Assembly: GCA_009927165.1 (NCBI GenBank)
Contig: RFNO01000053.1
Coordinates: 16,143-80,142, forward strand
DNA: 64,000 nucleotides
Reading direction: 5' to 3'
Source: Pseudomonadota bacterium
GTDB taxonomy: Bacteria > Bdellovibrionota > FAC87 > UBA2466
Shown: positions 50,022 through 59,068 of the stretch, piece by piece
Numbering within the stretch: the stretch's first letter is position 1
Layout: each line of letters opens with the position of its first letter
Program-made: the position numbers and the translations under genes
Notes under the pieces: model-generated
Seen by the model: only the letters and a program-made list of their open reading frames with translations
Told to the model about the DNA's origin: nothing
Database searches by the model: none

Positions 50022-50273
50022 ATGAACCGTTGGCTATTGAGCTTACTTCTTTTCTCTGGACTTGTATGGGGGGAACACGCGGATCGCGTTCATTCCCCTC
50101 ACCAGGATCTTCCCCTCTGGCAAGAAGCTATTCATAACCGACAAGAGAATAACGAGTATCTTTTTCCCGTAGATGTGAAAGAAGCTAATGAGTTTCAGGA
50201 GGCACTTTATCGCTTTTTGGGAACTCTAGCAGAGATCAATTTTGGTCCGGTAAAATCAGAACCTACCAACTAA
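50022..50273 (+). CDS. Small secreted hypothetical protein
   Basis: ATG at 50022 and signal peptide MNRWLLSLLLFSGLVWG. 3' end overlaps the convergent motB. Confidence 0.35.
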   Translation: MNRWLLSLLLFSGLVWGEHADRVHSPHQDLPLWQEAIHNRQENNEYLFPVDVKEANEFQEALYRFLGTLAEINFGPVKSEPTN

Positions 50274-51054
50274 GGAAGGGAATTTCTCGATCAGGCGTAG
50301 CAACACTGATCTCAACTCTTCTGTTTTTGGCTCTTCCTTCTGGGCTGTCTTCTTCAGCAATGGGTTGTGTATTCCCAAATACCCCCATAGACACTTTGGA
50401 TTTTGGAAAACTTGTGCCTTCGATGAGGAAACGAACGATATTATAAGAGCGCTGAGAAGAGAGATCCCAAGCTTCTTTTTCGCTGGCCGTTCCCCGATCT
50501 AGAAATTCCCCATTGTCTGAGTGCCCTTCAATTTGAACTGGAAGATCAAGAGCAGCTAGTCTTTTCCCTAATTCAAATAGAAAAGGAACCTGATTTCTCT
50601 TTAACTTGGCACTTCTGGGTGCAAACAGCATTGCTTCGCCGAGTCTGATTTTAAAACCGATGGCAGTTTTTAGAATTTCGACGTCATCTTGACCTGATTG
50701 GACTCCAGTTGCTCTCTCGAAAATACCCCGAACTTGTTCCGCAATCCGTTGCATCATGGCTTCTTCGTCTTTGGAAAACTTTCCATTTTCTTTTGCTGAA
50801 GGAGGAACTTTGGACCCTGTATCAGCAGGCTTATCAAAGGGGGTAAAGGGATTACCTTTCAGAGGAAAAATTCCGCCAGACGTGGTGAATGACTTTTGAA
50901 TGCTTTCTACTGCTTGTTTGTATTTACTCTTATCGGTCTGTCCCAAAGCGTAGAGAATCGTAAAAAATGCAAAGAGCAGGGTGATAAAGTCAGCGTAAGA
51001 AACAAGCCACCGTTCAAGATTCTCGTGTTCCTCGTGATGTTTTTTCTTACCCAT
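50263..51054 (-). CDS. motB: Flagellar motor stator protein MotB (OmpA-like peptidoglycan-binding C-domain)
   Basis: LVSYADFITLLFAFF plug/TM region with the conserved Asp. OmpA-like C-terminus (NRRVEI). Confidence 0.8.
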   Translation of the reverse strand: MGKKKHHEEHENLERWLVSYADFITLLFAFFTILYALGQTDKSKYKQAVESIQKSFTTSGGIFPLKGNPFTPFDKPADTGSKVPPSAKENGKFSKDEEAMMQRIAEQVRGIFERATGVQSGQDDVEILKTAIGFKIRLGEAMLFAPRSAKLKRNQVPFLFELGKRLAALDLPVQIEGHSDNGEFLDRGTASEKEAWDLSSQRSYNIVRFLIEGTSFPKSKVSMGVFGNTQPIAEEDSPEGRAKNRRVEISVATPDREIPFLSW

Positions 51055-51065
51055 CGCTCTTTCCT

Positions 51066-51890
51066 TTAAGCTGCTTTCTTCTCCGCGCCACCTTCGCCAC
51101 TTTCAGCTCCGGCTTTATGTCCTTTGCCGTGTTCCATTTCCATATTATTGAGTCGGTCCTCAATAATACGAGGGTTAAGTCCCGCTTGAATGGCTAAGAG
51201 TCCCGTGCAAATGATTTCCATTTCTTCCGCTTCGTGTTTCCCCAGCTTTTTTGCTTTGTTCCCCATGGGAATGAGGATTAAGTTTGCTAGGCCGACACCA
51301 TAAACTGTTGCAACGAAAGCAACGGCGATTCCGGAACCCAATTTGCTGGAATCGGATAAATTACCCATCACATGAATGAGTCCTAAAACAGCTCCGATGA
51401 TTCCAATGGTAGGAGAAAAACCACCTCCAGTTTCAAAAACTTTTCCCACGGCATTCGCATGCTCTTCGGTTTTGAAGATTTTTTCTTCCATCATTTCTCG
51501 CAGAATGGCAGGATCGTAACCATCCACAATTTTTCTCAAGTTTTGTGCGAAAAATGGGTTTTTGATATTGGCGACTGATTTTTCAAGCGCCAGAAGACCA
51601 TCTTTTCTAGCCAAGTTTGCCAAATCTACTATTTCTTTGATGAGGCCACTGAAATCTGGTGATTTCCCAAAGAATATTTTGGGAATCATTTTAATTGCGC
51701 TGCTGAATTCCTCTCCGGTACAAGCGAGCATAGTAGCTCCTAAAGTGCCACCGAAAACAATTATTGCAGCTGTCGGTTGAGTGAGCGCACTAAGGTGCAA
51801 GCCCTCAAGAACGGCACCGCCTATCACTGCAAACATCCCTAGAAAAATACCAATACATGAAACGATCATGATTGTTTCCGAGCCTCCCAA
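51066..51890 (-). CDS. motA: Flagellar motor stator protein MotA
   Basis: Four TM helices. MotA/TolQ/ExbB family conserved C-terminal TM3-TM4 region. Confidence 0.8.
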   Translation of the reverse strand: MGGSETIMIVSCIGIFLGMFAVIGGAVLEGLHLSALTQPTAAIIVFGGTLGATMLACTGEEFSSAIKMIPKIFFGKSPDFSGLIKEIVDLANLARKDGLLALEKSVANIKNPFFAQNLRKIVDGYDPAILREMMEEKIFKTEEHANAVGKVFETGGGFSPTIGIIGAVLGLIHVMGNLSDSSKLGSGIAVAFVATVYGVGLANLILIPMGNKAKKLGKHEAEEMEIICTGLLAIQAGLNPRIIEDRLNNMEMEHGKGHKAGAESGEGGAEKKAA

Positions 51891-52075
51891 GAAGTGTGAA
51901 AAATACTTTTTTTATAGTCCTTAAAAGCAGCTACTAACTCATCCACTCTCTCTCGAACAATAAGTTGGAGACCAGTAGTCAGAGTGATGACGGTATCGGG
52001 AGTTGCTTCGATCGTTTGTATCTGTTCAGGGTTGAGCATGACTGAAGACCCATCGAATTTAGTAATACGGATCAC
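51866..52075 (-). CDS. flbD: Flagellar protein FlbD
   Basis: MIRITKFDGSSVMLNPEQIQTIEATPDTVITLTTG... matches the FlbD family pattern. Directly upstream of motA-motB, as in spirochaetes and Firmicutes. Confidence 0.7.
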   Translation of the reverse strand: MIRITKFDGSSVMLNPEQIQTIEATPDTVITLTTGLQLIVRERVDELVAAFKDYKKSIFHTSWEARKQS

Positions 52076-52178
52076 CGTTTACCTCCCGTTTACTTATCGG
52101 AAAAAGAAGCGGGGTCCTTGACCCTTTTAGGCCTGGACCAGCTATGACTTCCACATCTCTTATCGGAATTCCCTTGCT

Positions 52179-52763
52179 TTGGTTGAGGCCTTACATTTGA
52201 ATAAGGGCATGAAAATTTACACAAAATCCGGTGACGAAGGCATGACGGGACTCATCGGTGGTGTTCGAATTTCAAAGGGAGCTCCCCGAATCATTGCTTA
52301 TGGAGAAATTGACGAGTTGAATGCTTGCTTGGGGGTCATTCGCGCAGAAACTCCCCATATTCTTCTTAAAAACGCTATTGGGGAAATCCAACACCAGCTC
52401 TTTACCATTGGAGCCCAATTAGCCGCCCCGCATACCGATCCAAAAATTGAGCGGATTACGGCAGCCCATGTCGAGAGCCTCGAGCGTCAGATTGACGCTA
52501 TGCAACAAACCTTGTTGCCTTTAAAGCATTTTATTCTGCCTGGCGGCTCAAAAACCGCTGCCTTTCTTCACTTAGCTCGAACAGTTTGCAGAAGAGCGGA
52601 AAGAAGCATGGTTGCTCTGTCTCAGAGTCCACAAGAGCCAGTAGATGTCTGGTGCCTTACTTATATCAATCGTTTATCCGATTACCTTTTTGTGATGTCT
52701 CGTTTGGCTAACCAATTAGAAAAAATTGAGGATATCCCTTGGATTCCTCAAAAGACCCTGTAA
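52179..52763 (+). CDS. ATP:cob(I)alamin adenosyltransferase, PduO-type (likely start at Met11, ~52209)
   Basis: MKIYTKSGDEGMTGL...GEIDELNACLG motif of PduO/MMAB-type ATR. Confidence 0.8.
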   Translation: MVEALHLNKGMKIYTKSGDEGMTGLIGGVRISKGAPRIIAYGEIDELNACLGVIRAETPHILLKNAIGEIQHQLFTIGAQLAAPHTDPKIERITAAHVESLERQIDAMQQTLLPLKHFILPGGSKTAAFLHLARTVCRRAERSMVALSQSPQEPVDVWCLTYINRLSDYLFVMSRLANQLEKIEDIPWIPQKTL

Positions 52764-52840
52764 CCCCCCTAAAAATCGAAGGATCGAGTGAATTGACTGA
52801 GGCCTAGTTCTCATTTAAATACTTACTCAAGTGAGAAAAC

Positions 52841-53185
52841 ATGCAGCCATCGGAAATTTATACAAAAGTTGCTCATCAATTAACAAGACGAGATCACTCA
52901 CCGGAAGTTTTCAATTTATTGGCGGATACTTTCAAAGCTTTAGGGGATCCGACACGCGTTCAAATTGTTTGGTCGTTAACTCATGGTGAATTGTGCGTCA
53001 CCGACATTGCAAATCTACTCGATTTAACTGCTTCCGCAGTCAGTCATCATCTTCGAACTTTAAGAAATTTGAGATTGGTTAAAGTTCGCCGAAATCACCG
53101 AAGTCTTTTTTATTCTCTGGATGATGACCACATCGAAAATCTTCTAGAAGAAGGTATGGAACATGTGGAGGATCTCATTTCATGA
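52841..53185 (+). CDS. ArsR/SmtB family metalloregulatory transcriptional repressor
   Basis: LADTFKALGDPTRVQIVWSL...CVTDIA...VSHHLRTL winged-HTH. Candidate metal-sensing Cys and His residues. Confidence 0.8.
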   Translation: MQPSEIYTKVAHQLTRRDHSPEVFNLLADTFKALGDPTRVQIVWSLTHGELCVTDIANLLDLTASAVSHHLRTLRNLRLVKVRRNHRSLFYSLDDDHIENLLEEGMEHVEDLIS

Positions 53186-54939
53186 AAAAGGCCTTCCTCC
53201 TGTTATTCAGTTCAACCTTAATCTGGGCCAGTGATTCAGCTCCTAGAATGGTTGTACATATGTTGAATTACATCGCAAAAGATTACTCCGGGGCGGTAGG
53301 TCCTGATGGAAAAGTTCTCAGTGAATTTGAATATCAAGAACAAAAAGAATTTGTTCAGAGGATTGTTGATTCTAGTTTGACAGTTTCTAATCTTAAGGAA
53401 CCCCAGATTCAAATCAAGTTACATCAACTCCAAAAACTTATTGATAAGAAAGCGCCACCCCATTTAGTAAAGCAGCTGTCAGAATCCATATCGGAAAATA
53501 TCATTCAAAAAACCGCTCTTCTCGTAGCCCCAGTTCATCAAGTGAATTTAACTAATGGAAAAACTCAATACGATCGCAACTGTGCTCAATGTCACGGCGT
53601 CGACGGAGCCGGGGATGGTCCCGCAAGTGGAAATTTCAATCCTCCTCCCACTAATCTCAAAGGTTCTAAACTCAGTGGCACTTCTCCTTTTCAGTTGTTT
53701 AATACCATCAAGTTGGGCGTTCCCGGGACAGCGATGGCATCCTTTGATTATTTAACAGATGCTGAGGTTTGGGACATTGCTCATTACGTAAATAGCTTGA
53801 TCCCAAAAAATGAAGAAGCTTCTACTGTAGGGTCTGTTTCTGCAGCCCTGAGATATTTGGACGGAGCTTATTGGTCCTATTCTCAATCAGATTTTCAGAG
53901 TGCCAAAACTCAAGCGATTGAGGCCTATTTAGAGGGAGTGGAACCCCTGGAACCCAGACTTCGCGCCATTGATTTAGCGTTTACTAATGAATTAGAACAG
54001 TCGCTCATGCTTTTTCGGCAAGCAATCGATAAAAGATTGCCCAGTCCCGCAGTCAAAGAGCGCTTAGAACATTGCAACATTTTACTCAATCGAGTTGAAA
54101 AAGTTCTCGCCAAAAAACCGTCATCCGCAGCTTTTACATTCTCAGTAGCATTTGGAATTTTCTTACGGGAAGCTTTTGAATCGGCTTTGTTGCTCATCAC
54201 ACTTTTGGGAGTTATTCGGTCTATTGGCACATCCTCTGCCAATATTTTTGTTCATGCCGGTTGGATTTTGGCGGTGATTGTTGGAATTGGCAGTTGGTTT
54301 TTTTCTGGATGGCTTTTAGCTATTTCTGGAGCGCAAAGAGAGTTGCTCGAGGGTGTAGTAGCCCTATTAGCTGTTGGGATGTTGCTCTTTTTCGGTTTTT
54401 GGATGCATCGAAAAACCGAAATCGGACGTTGGAGAGACTTTATAAAAGAAATGGTTTCCCTGGCAGTTCAGAAAAAGAATTTGCTTGGCTTAGGGATCGT
54501 TTCTTTTATGGGAGTTTTCAGGGAGGTTTTTGAGACGGTAATTTTTCTCAGAGCTCTTTTGTTAGAGGCTGGCCCTCAGCATGAGGCCGTGTTAGGGGCA
54601 GGGGTTTTGGTTGCATTCGTGTTAGTTATTGGACTGAGCTGGTGGAGTATTCGGATGAGTGCTCGACTACCGGTTCGACAGTTATTTCTCATCTCCTCAT
54701 GGGTCATGTTTTCATTGAGTTTTGTCCTTCTGGGAAAAGGAATCCATGCTCTTCAAGAAGCGGGTCTTCTTTCTGCTGCTTCAACGGGTTGGAACTTTCA
54801 GTTTGAATTATTGGGAATTTATCCCAGTTACCAAACGCTCATTCCTCAAATGGTGTTATGTTTATCTTTGCTCGTGTTTTTCTGGTTGGGCAAACAATCA
54901 ATGGCAATCAATATCACTAAACGAGCTGATTCAGTTTGA
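53182..54939 (+). CDS. Cytochrome c domain fused to an FTR1/EfeU-family high-affinity iron permease
   Basis: Signal peptide, CAQCHG heme-binding motif, then 7-TM FTR1 region with two REXXE motifs (REAFES, REVFET). ATGA overlap with the arsR stop. Confidence 0.75.
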   Translation: MKKAFLLLFSSTLIWASDSAPRMVVHMLNYIAKDYSGAVGPDGKVLSEFEYQEQKEFVQRIVDSSLTVSNLKEPQIQIKLHQLQKLIDKKAPPHLVKQLSESISENIIQKTALLVAPVHQVNLTNGKTQYDRNCAQCHGVDGAGDGPASGNFNPPPTNLKGSKLSGTSPFQLFNTIKLGVPGTAMASFDYLTDAEVWDIAHYVNSLIPKNEEASTVGSVSAALRYLDGAYWSYSQSDFQSAKTQAIEAYLEGVEPLEPRLRAIDLAFTNELEQSLMLFRQAIDKRLPSPAVKERLEHCNILLNRVEKVLAKKPSSAAFTFSVAFGIFLREAFESALLLITLLGVIRSIGTSSANIFVHAGWILAVIVGIGSWFFSGWLLAISGAQRELLEGVVALLAVGMLLFFGFWMHRKTEIGRWRDFIKEMVSLAVQKKNLLGLGIVSFMGVFREVFETVIFLRALLLEAGPQHEAVLGAGVLVAFVLVIGLSWWSIRMSARLPVRQLFLISSWVMFSLSFVLLGKGIHALQEAGLLSAASTGWNFQFELLGIYPSYQTLIPQMVLCLSLLVFFWLGKQSMAINITKRADSV

Positions 54940-54940
54940 G

Positions 54941-55762
54941 TTAACTGGTTAAGTGTTTATTCAACCATTGAGTCAGCTGGACGAAGTAGTCGTTTTTATC
55001 AAGGTCGTTGTGCGGCTCATGATACCCACCTGGCATAATGTAGAGATTCTTATCACGACTACGGATCTGATTGAGTAATTCAAAACTTCCTTCAAGTTTG
55101 ACTATTTTATCCAAAGATCCATGTGCAAACAAAACAGGTAAAGTAAGTGTAGATGCTATTTCTTTTAGTTTGGGCAGTTGATCCAGAACTTCTCGTCCTT
55201 GATTGAGAGTATTAGTATGGCAACAAAGAGGATCGGATAAAAACTGTTTCACTACTTCAGGATCGCGTGAGATAGCCGACTTATCACTGTTGCCAGAAAC
55301 ACGAAACGTTGGAATGACTTTTACGAGCTGTTTTCCAAGAGCAATCACATAGGGATTGATTGCGTCCCCAGTAAGATAAGCTGGAGCACTTAAAATTAAC
55401 CCCCTGAATGCTTTTTGATAATATTGCATGAAAGTCATGGCAATAGCCCCGCCGAGGCTATGTCCGAGGAGAAAAAGGGGGAGAGGTTCTTGCTCTCTAC
55501 ATATCCATCGATATACTGAAGCAACATCGTCAACGTAATCGGTAAACTTCTCAATCCATTGACGTCTTCCACCACTTTGGCCAGAGCCCCTCAAATCAAA
55601 GCGAACGACGCTATAACCGTCTTTTAGGAGAGCCTGTTCCGTATTGAGATGTCTTCCCGAGTGCTCACTCATTCCGTGAACCAAAATAACTCGTCCTTTG
55701 GAGGGTACTTGGCTGGGCTCTGTAGACCACACCGCCAACTTCTCAACGAAAAAAGCCGACAT
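54941..55762 (-). CDS. Alpha/beta hydrolase (lysophospholipase/monoacylglycerol-lipase-like)
   Basis: HGMSEHSGR, nucleophile elbow GHSLGG, catalytic Asp/His downstream. Confidence 0.7.
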   Translation of the reverse strand: MSAFFVEKLAVWSTEPSQVPSKGRVILVHGMSEHSGRHLNTEQALLKDGYSVVRFDLRGSGQSGGRRQWIEKFTDYVDDVASVYRWICREQEPLPLFLLGHSLGGAIAMTFMQYYQKAFRGLILSAPAYLTGDAINPYVIALGKQLVKVIPTFRVSGNSDKSAISRDPEVVKQFLSDPLCCHTNTLNQGREVLDQLPKLKEIASTLTLPVLFAHGSLDKIVKLEGSFELLNQIRSRDKNLYIMPGGYHEPHNDLDKNDYFVQLTQWLNKHLTS

Positions 55763-55766
55763 GTTT

Positions 55767-56699
55767 TTATTCTACAATGGATTCTACCGTCGGATCGGAT
55801 TTATCAAGTGAGTCTGGATCAGAGGACAGACGACGGTTTGCCTTGTCCTGAGGAAATTTAGCGTTTAGCGGAAAAATATAAGACCTAATGGTGCCCAGAA
55901 ATTTGGTCCCTTCGACTTTTTGCCCGTTATAAACTACGTCGCTTCCAACCGAATTCCCTAAAACCACTTTAATTTTTTGGTTTGCGCTAAAAGTAGCTTT
56001 TTCCGAGGGAGCCAGGAAATATTCGATAGGAGGAGCTTCATCAATTACTACTTTAATCCAACTCCTATCCCCAGACGTTACTTCTAGCTTATGGGGTCCA
56101 TTCGATGTTTCAACCGGAGATGTTGGGGGTAACTTCTCTTGGGTAGTTTGCGTAGGTTCTGCGGGTTTTGAATCGGGAACGCTCGCTACTTCACGAATTT
56201 GGTTTGCGTTGTCGGTCGTCTCAGAATTAGTGGTGGGAGTTGCTGTAGCCACTGCTGGAGGTACTGATATCGATTCTTTGCCCACGTTGATGAGCCAAAC
56301 GGAAATTCCCAAAACGACTAATCCGACCAATGAAAAAACAATGGGTTTAAAGTTCAGGGTTCGTGAATTTTGGATGAGTTCTGAGGCGGAGGCCACTGGA
56401 GCTTTAGTCGTCTCAGGTTGAGCCGAGGGAGAGGGTGTTTGGGCAGTTGAAATTACTTGAGGCGTTTGGTCTGTTTCTTTTAAGTATTGTTGATAGGCTT
56501 GTTCAGGATTGATTCCGACGTAGCGAGAATAAGAGACAATAAAGCCTTTAATAAAGGGTTTAGCTGGTAAAGCTTTCCAGTTTCCCTCTTCCATCAATTT
56601 TAAAATAGGGAGCTGAATTTTGGTTATGGCTGCTACTTCTTCCAAACGGATATTCTTCTTTTCTCGCTCGGACTTTAAAAAGTAACCCAAAGTTTGCAT
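55767..56699 (-). CDS. rodZ: Cytoskeleton protein RodZ-like (XRE HTH, TM, Pro/Thr-rich linker, DUF4115-like C-terminus)
   Basis: N-terminal HTH IRLEEVAAITKIQLPILKLMEEGNW, a single TM, and a PT-rich periplasmic linker. Confidence 0.65.
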   Translation of the reverse strand: MQTLGYFLKSEREKKNIRLEEVAAITKIQLPILKLMEEGNWKALPAKPFIKGFIVSYSRYVGINPEQAYQQYLKETDQTPQVISTAQTPSPSAQPETTKAPVASASELIQNSRTLNFKPIVFSLVGLVVLGISVWLINVGKESISVPPAVATATPTTNSETTDNANQIREVASVPDSKPAEPTQTTQEKLPPTSPVETSNGPHKLEVTSGDRSWIKVVIDEAPPIEYFLAPSEKATFSANQKIKVVLGNSVGSDVVYNGQKVEGTKFLGTIRSYIFPLNAKFPQDKANRRLSSDPDSLDKSDPTVESIVE

Positions 56700-56739
56700 G
56701 TTTCTCTTTTATCAGGGGTATTGCCAAAAATGCTAGGTT

Positions 56740-57498
56740 TTACTGGAGGAATTTAAGAACTTCTTGAGAACGGTCCACATAAGGGCCTGTTTTGTGCCTA
56801 GAAACCAGCTTTTCAAATTGATTTTTAGCCATATTCTTCTGACCTGATTTCATCAAAGCCAGTCCCAGTTTATAGTGGCTTTCATCATAAAGCGGGCAGG
56901 TGGCCAAAGCCTTTGAATAGGAGTCTATTGCCTTAGAGAATTTTTTTTCCTTGGCATAAACATCCCCTAAGTTCTTGTTAGCAAGACAGAAGTTAGGAAG
57001 CACATCTAGCGCCCTTTGGTGAAACATTTTCGCTTTGGTTAGGTTACCCAGACGAAAATAAGAGTACCCCAGATTAGTCATGGCATTTTCGGGAGTGCCA
57101 TACTTTTCTGATTTCAGGGCCTTATCAAAATAGGCAATAGCATCAGCAAATCGGTCTTGCCGATTCATCAATACTCCTAGGTTGTTATAAACTTCAGGAT
57201 AAAAAGGAGTAATTTTTAACGCATTTTTAAAAGCTTCCTCTGACTTGGAAAAGCGTTTTGTTTCCATGTAGATAATGCCCAAGTGATTGTAAGCTGCAGC
57301 TAAATTGGGATCAATTTCGATGCTCTGATAACAATACTCGAGAGCTTTGGAAAAATTTCTTTGGGCAAACATATCCGAAGATAACTGCAAGAAGAGTTTA
57401 GCCTTGTCTTTTTCTTTTGTGTTTTCACTCAGATGGCTACAAGCGTTTAAGAGGCCCAGAAGACAAAGGATTAGAGAAACAAATCGGAGTGTTCGCAT
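56740..57498 (-). CDS. TPR-repeat lipoprotein, PilF/PilW-like (type IV pilus assembly) by position upstream of rodZ
   Basis: Lipobox LLNAC; ~6 TPR repeats; ~250 aa; conserved pilF-rodZ synteny known from Proteobacteria. Confidence 0.5.
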   Translation of the reverse strand: MRTLRFVSLILCLLGLLNACSHLSENTKEKDKAKLFLQLSSDMFAQRNFSKALEYCYQSIEIDPNLAAAYNHLGIIYMETKRFSKSEEAFKNALKITPFYPEVYNNLGVLMNRQDRFADAIAYFDKALKSEKYGTPENAMTNLGYSYFRLGNLTKAKMFHQRALDVLPNFCLANKNLGDVYAKEKKFSKAIDSYSKALATCPLYDESHYKLGLALMKSGQKNMAKNQFEKLVSRHKTGPYVDRSQEVLKFLQ

Positions 57499-57623
57499 GT
57501 TCTGAGTATAGCGGACACCTTAGGGGTATTCCACGGGCTTTTGGCAGCCGTGAGGAGCGTTAATGCAACGAGTTAAGTATTTGGCTTGTTTACATTTATG
57601 GTTTTTAAGAAAGGGCAAGCAAG

Positions 57624-59033
57624 CTAACACGCATCTTTAATCGTAAATTTCAAAGATAAGCCGGGCAATTCAATGGTGTCCCCATCAACCAGTTCTACTG
57701 GTCCTAAAATTTTTCGCCTATTCAGAAGAGTAGTTTCAGAGTCTTTTGATACGGCTTCTAACCAAAGCGATGTTTTTCTCCGAAAAATTCTTACGTGTTG
57801 TCCCAGTATTTGATCTTTATCTCCTAAAGAAAAATGGCTCTGAGTGGAACTGCCGATGAGAGTTTCATCCGAATAAAGAAAAAACTCTTTGGGACTTTTT
57901 TCATCAACCAGTTGAAGTCGACCAACTCGGAGAGGGACGCGACATTTTTTGCAATAACCTAACTGGGATTGTGGGTCAGCAAGACCACAGTAATCGCAGA
58001 ATGTACAAGCAGGAGGAAACAGTGTCTTGGGAAGTACCGAAAGTTCTACGGGTGCAATCGCTTTTGAATTACTGAAAGGCCAAAATCCTTTTCTGGTTAA
58101 TTTATTCAGCTCATCTCTAACTGTTTTTGCCCTCTGGTAACGATCCTTAGGGTCTGTTGCTAAACATTTTTTTATAATAGCAGTTAATCTAGGATCTAGG
58201 CTCGTCTTATCGATTTGATTTGCTTCTCCTAACTTTGGAGTTTCTCCCATAGCAATTTCATAAAGAAGTGCCCCGAGGCTATAAATATCTCCTGCCGCAG
58301 TAAATTTAGTTCCTTTCTGAAGAAAGTCCGGAGGAGTGTAACCTTCGGATTCGAAAAGAAGAGGTTCAGTGTCTGAGAGGTGATAGAGAGTTCCGAAGTC
58401 GATGAGCTTAACTCGCGAGCTGATCCCATCAAGCATAACGTTTTGAGGTTTTAGGTCTCGGTAAATGTAACCTTGTTGATGAATTACTTCGAGCGCATCA
58501 GCAATCTCTCTTCCCAAATAAATCAGTAGTCCATCCTCAACAGTGCCTTTGTTTTGCTTTTTGTAATCTTCTACGGCTTTGGTGAGTTCTTTGCCGTTAA
58601 TAAACTCCATAACTAAGTAGAACGACTTATTTCTCTCAAAATATTCGAAGCCTCTTGGGAAAGCAGGGTGTTTTATTTTTCTGAGAAATTTCGCTTCTCT
58701 TTTGAATGCTTTGAGGAGTTGGCTCTTGAACTGATCATAAGAGGCTTGATCAAGCATTTGCTTTATTAATACTGGTTTCTCATTGTCTTTTCTTTGGGCT
58801 CTGAAAGTAGCACCAAATCCGCTCCTAGCAACAGCTTCTTCGATCAAGTACGAAAATTTTGATTTGATTCTTTCGCCTGGAGAGAGCAGTCCTTGTCCTG
58901 CATCTTTTACTGAGTCGAATGAGGTTTGACGAAGCTTTCTGGCAACTTGAACTTGAGATAAGCTTTCACCACAGGACTCGCAAAAGAGGGAGCCCGCCAC
59001 ATTGGTTGTCTGACATGACGGACACTTTTGCAC
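57624..59033 (-). CDS. Hanks-type Ser/Thr protein kinase with N-terminal zinc ribbon, second Cys cluster and C-terminal FHA domain
   Basis: CPSCQ...CESCG zinc ribbon. Kinase motifs YRDLKPQN, DFG, APE-like. C-terminal FHA-like segment (LIGSS...HVRIF...). Confidence 0.75.
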   Translation of the reverse strand: MQKCPSCQTTNVAGSLFCESCGESLSQVQVARKLRQTSFDSVKDAGQGLLSPGERIKSKFSYLIEEAVARSGFGATFRAQRKDNEKPVLIKQMLDQASYDQFKSQLLKAFKREAKFLRKIKHPAFPRGFEYFERNKSFYLVMEFINGKELTKAVEDYKKQNKGTVEDGLLIYLGREIADALEVIHQQGYIYRDLKPQNVMLDGISSRVKLIDFGTLYHLSDTEPLLFESEGYTPPDFLQKGTKFTAAGDIYSLGALLYEIAMGETPKLGEANQIDKTSLDPRLTAIIKKCLATDPKDRYQRAKTVRDELNKLTRKGFWPFSNSKAIAPVELSVLPKTLFPPACTFCDYCGLADPQSQLGYCKKCRVPLRVGRLQLVDEKSPKEFFLYSDETLIGSSTQSHFSLGDKDQILGQHVRIFRRKTSLWLEAVSKDSETTLLNRRKILGPVELVDGDTIELPGLSLKFTIKDAC

Positions 59034-59068
59034 TTCGCAAACCCCTCTTCATTGCCCCGTCACTAAAC

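Noticed and set aside
52076-52178. Canonical sigma-28 promoter (TAAA-N15-GCCGATAA) for flbD-motAB
   Set aside because: CCGATAAG -10-like boxes exist, but the nearest TAAA lies more than 20 nt upstream, so the spacing fails. They are kept only as a direct-repeat observation.
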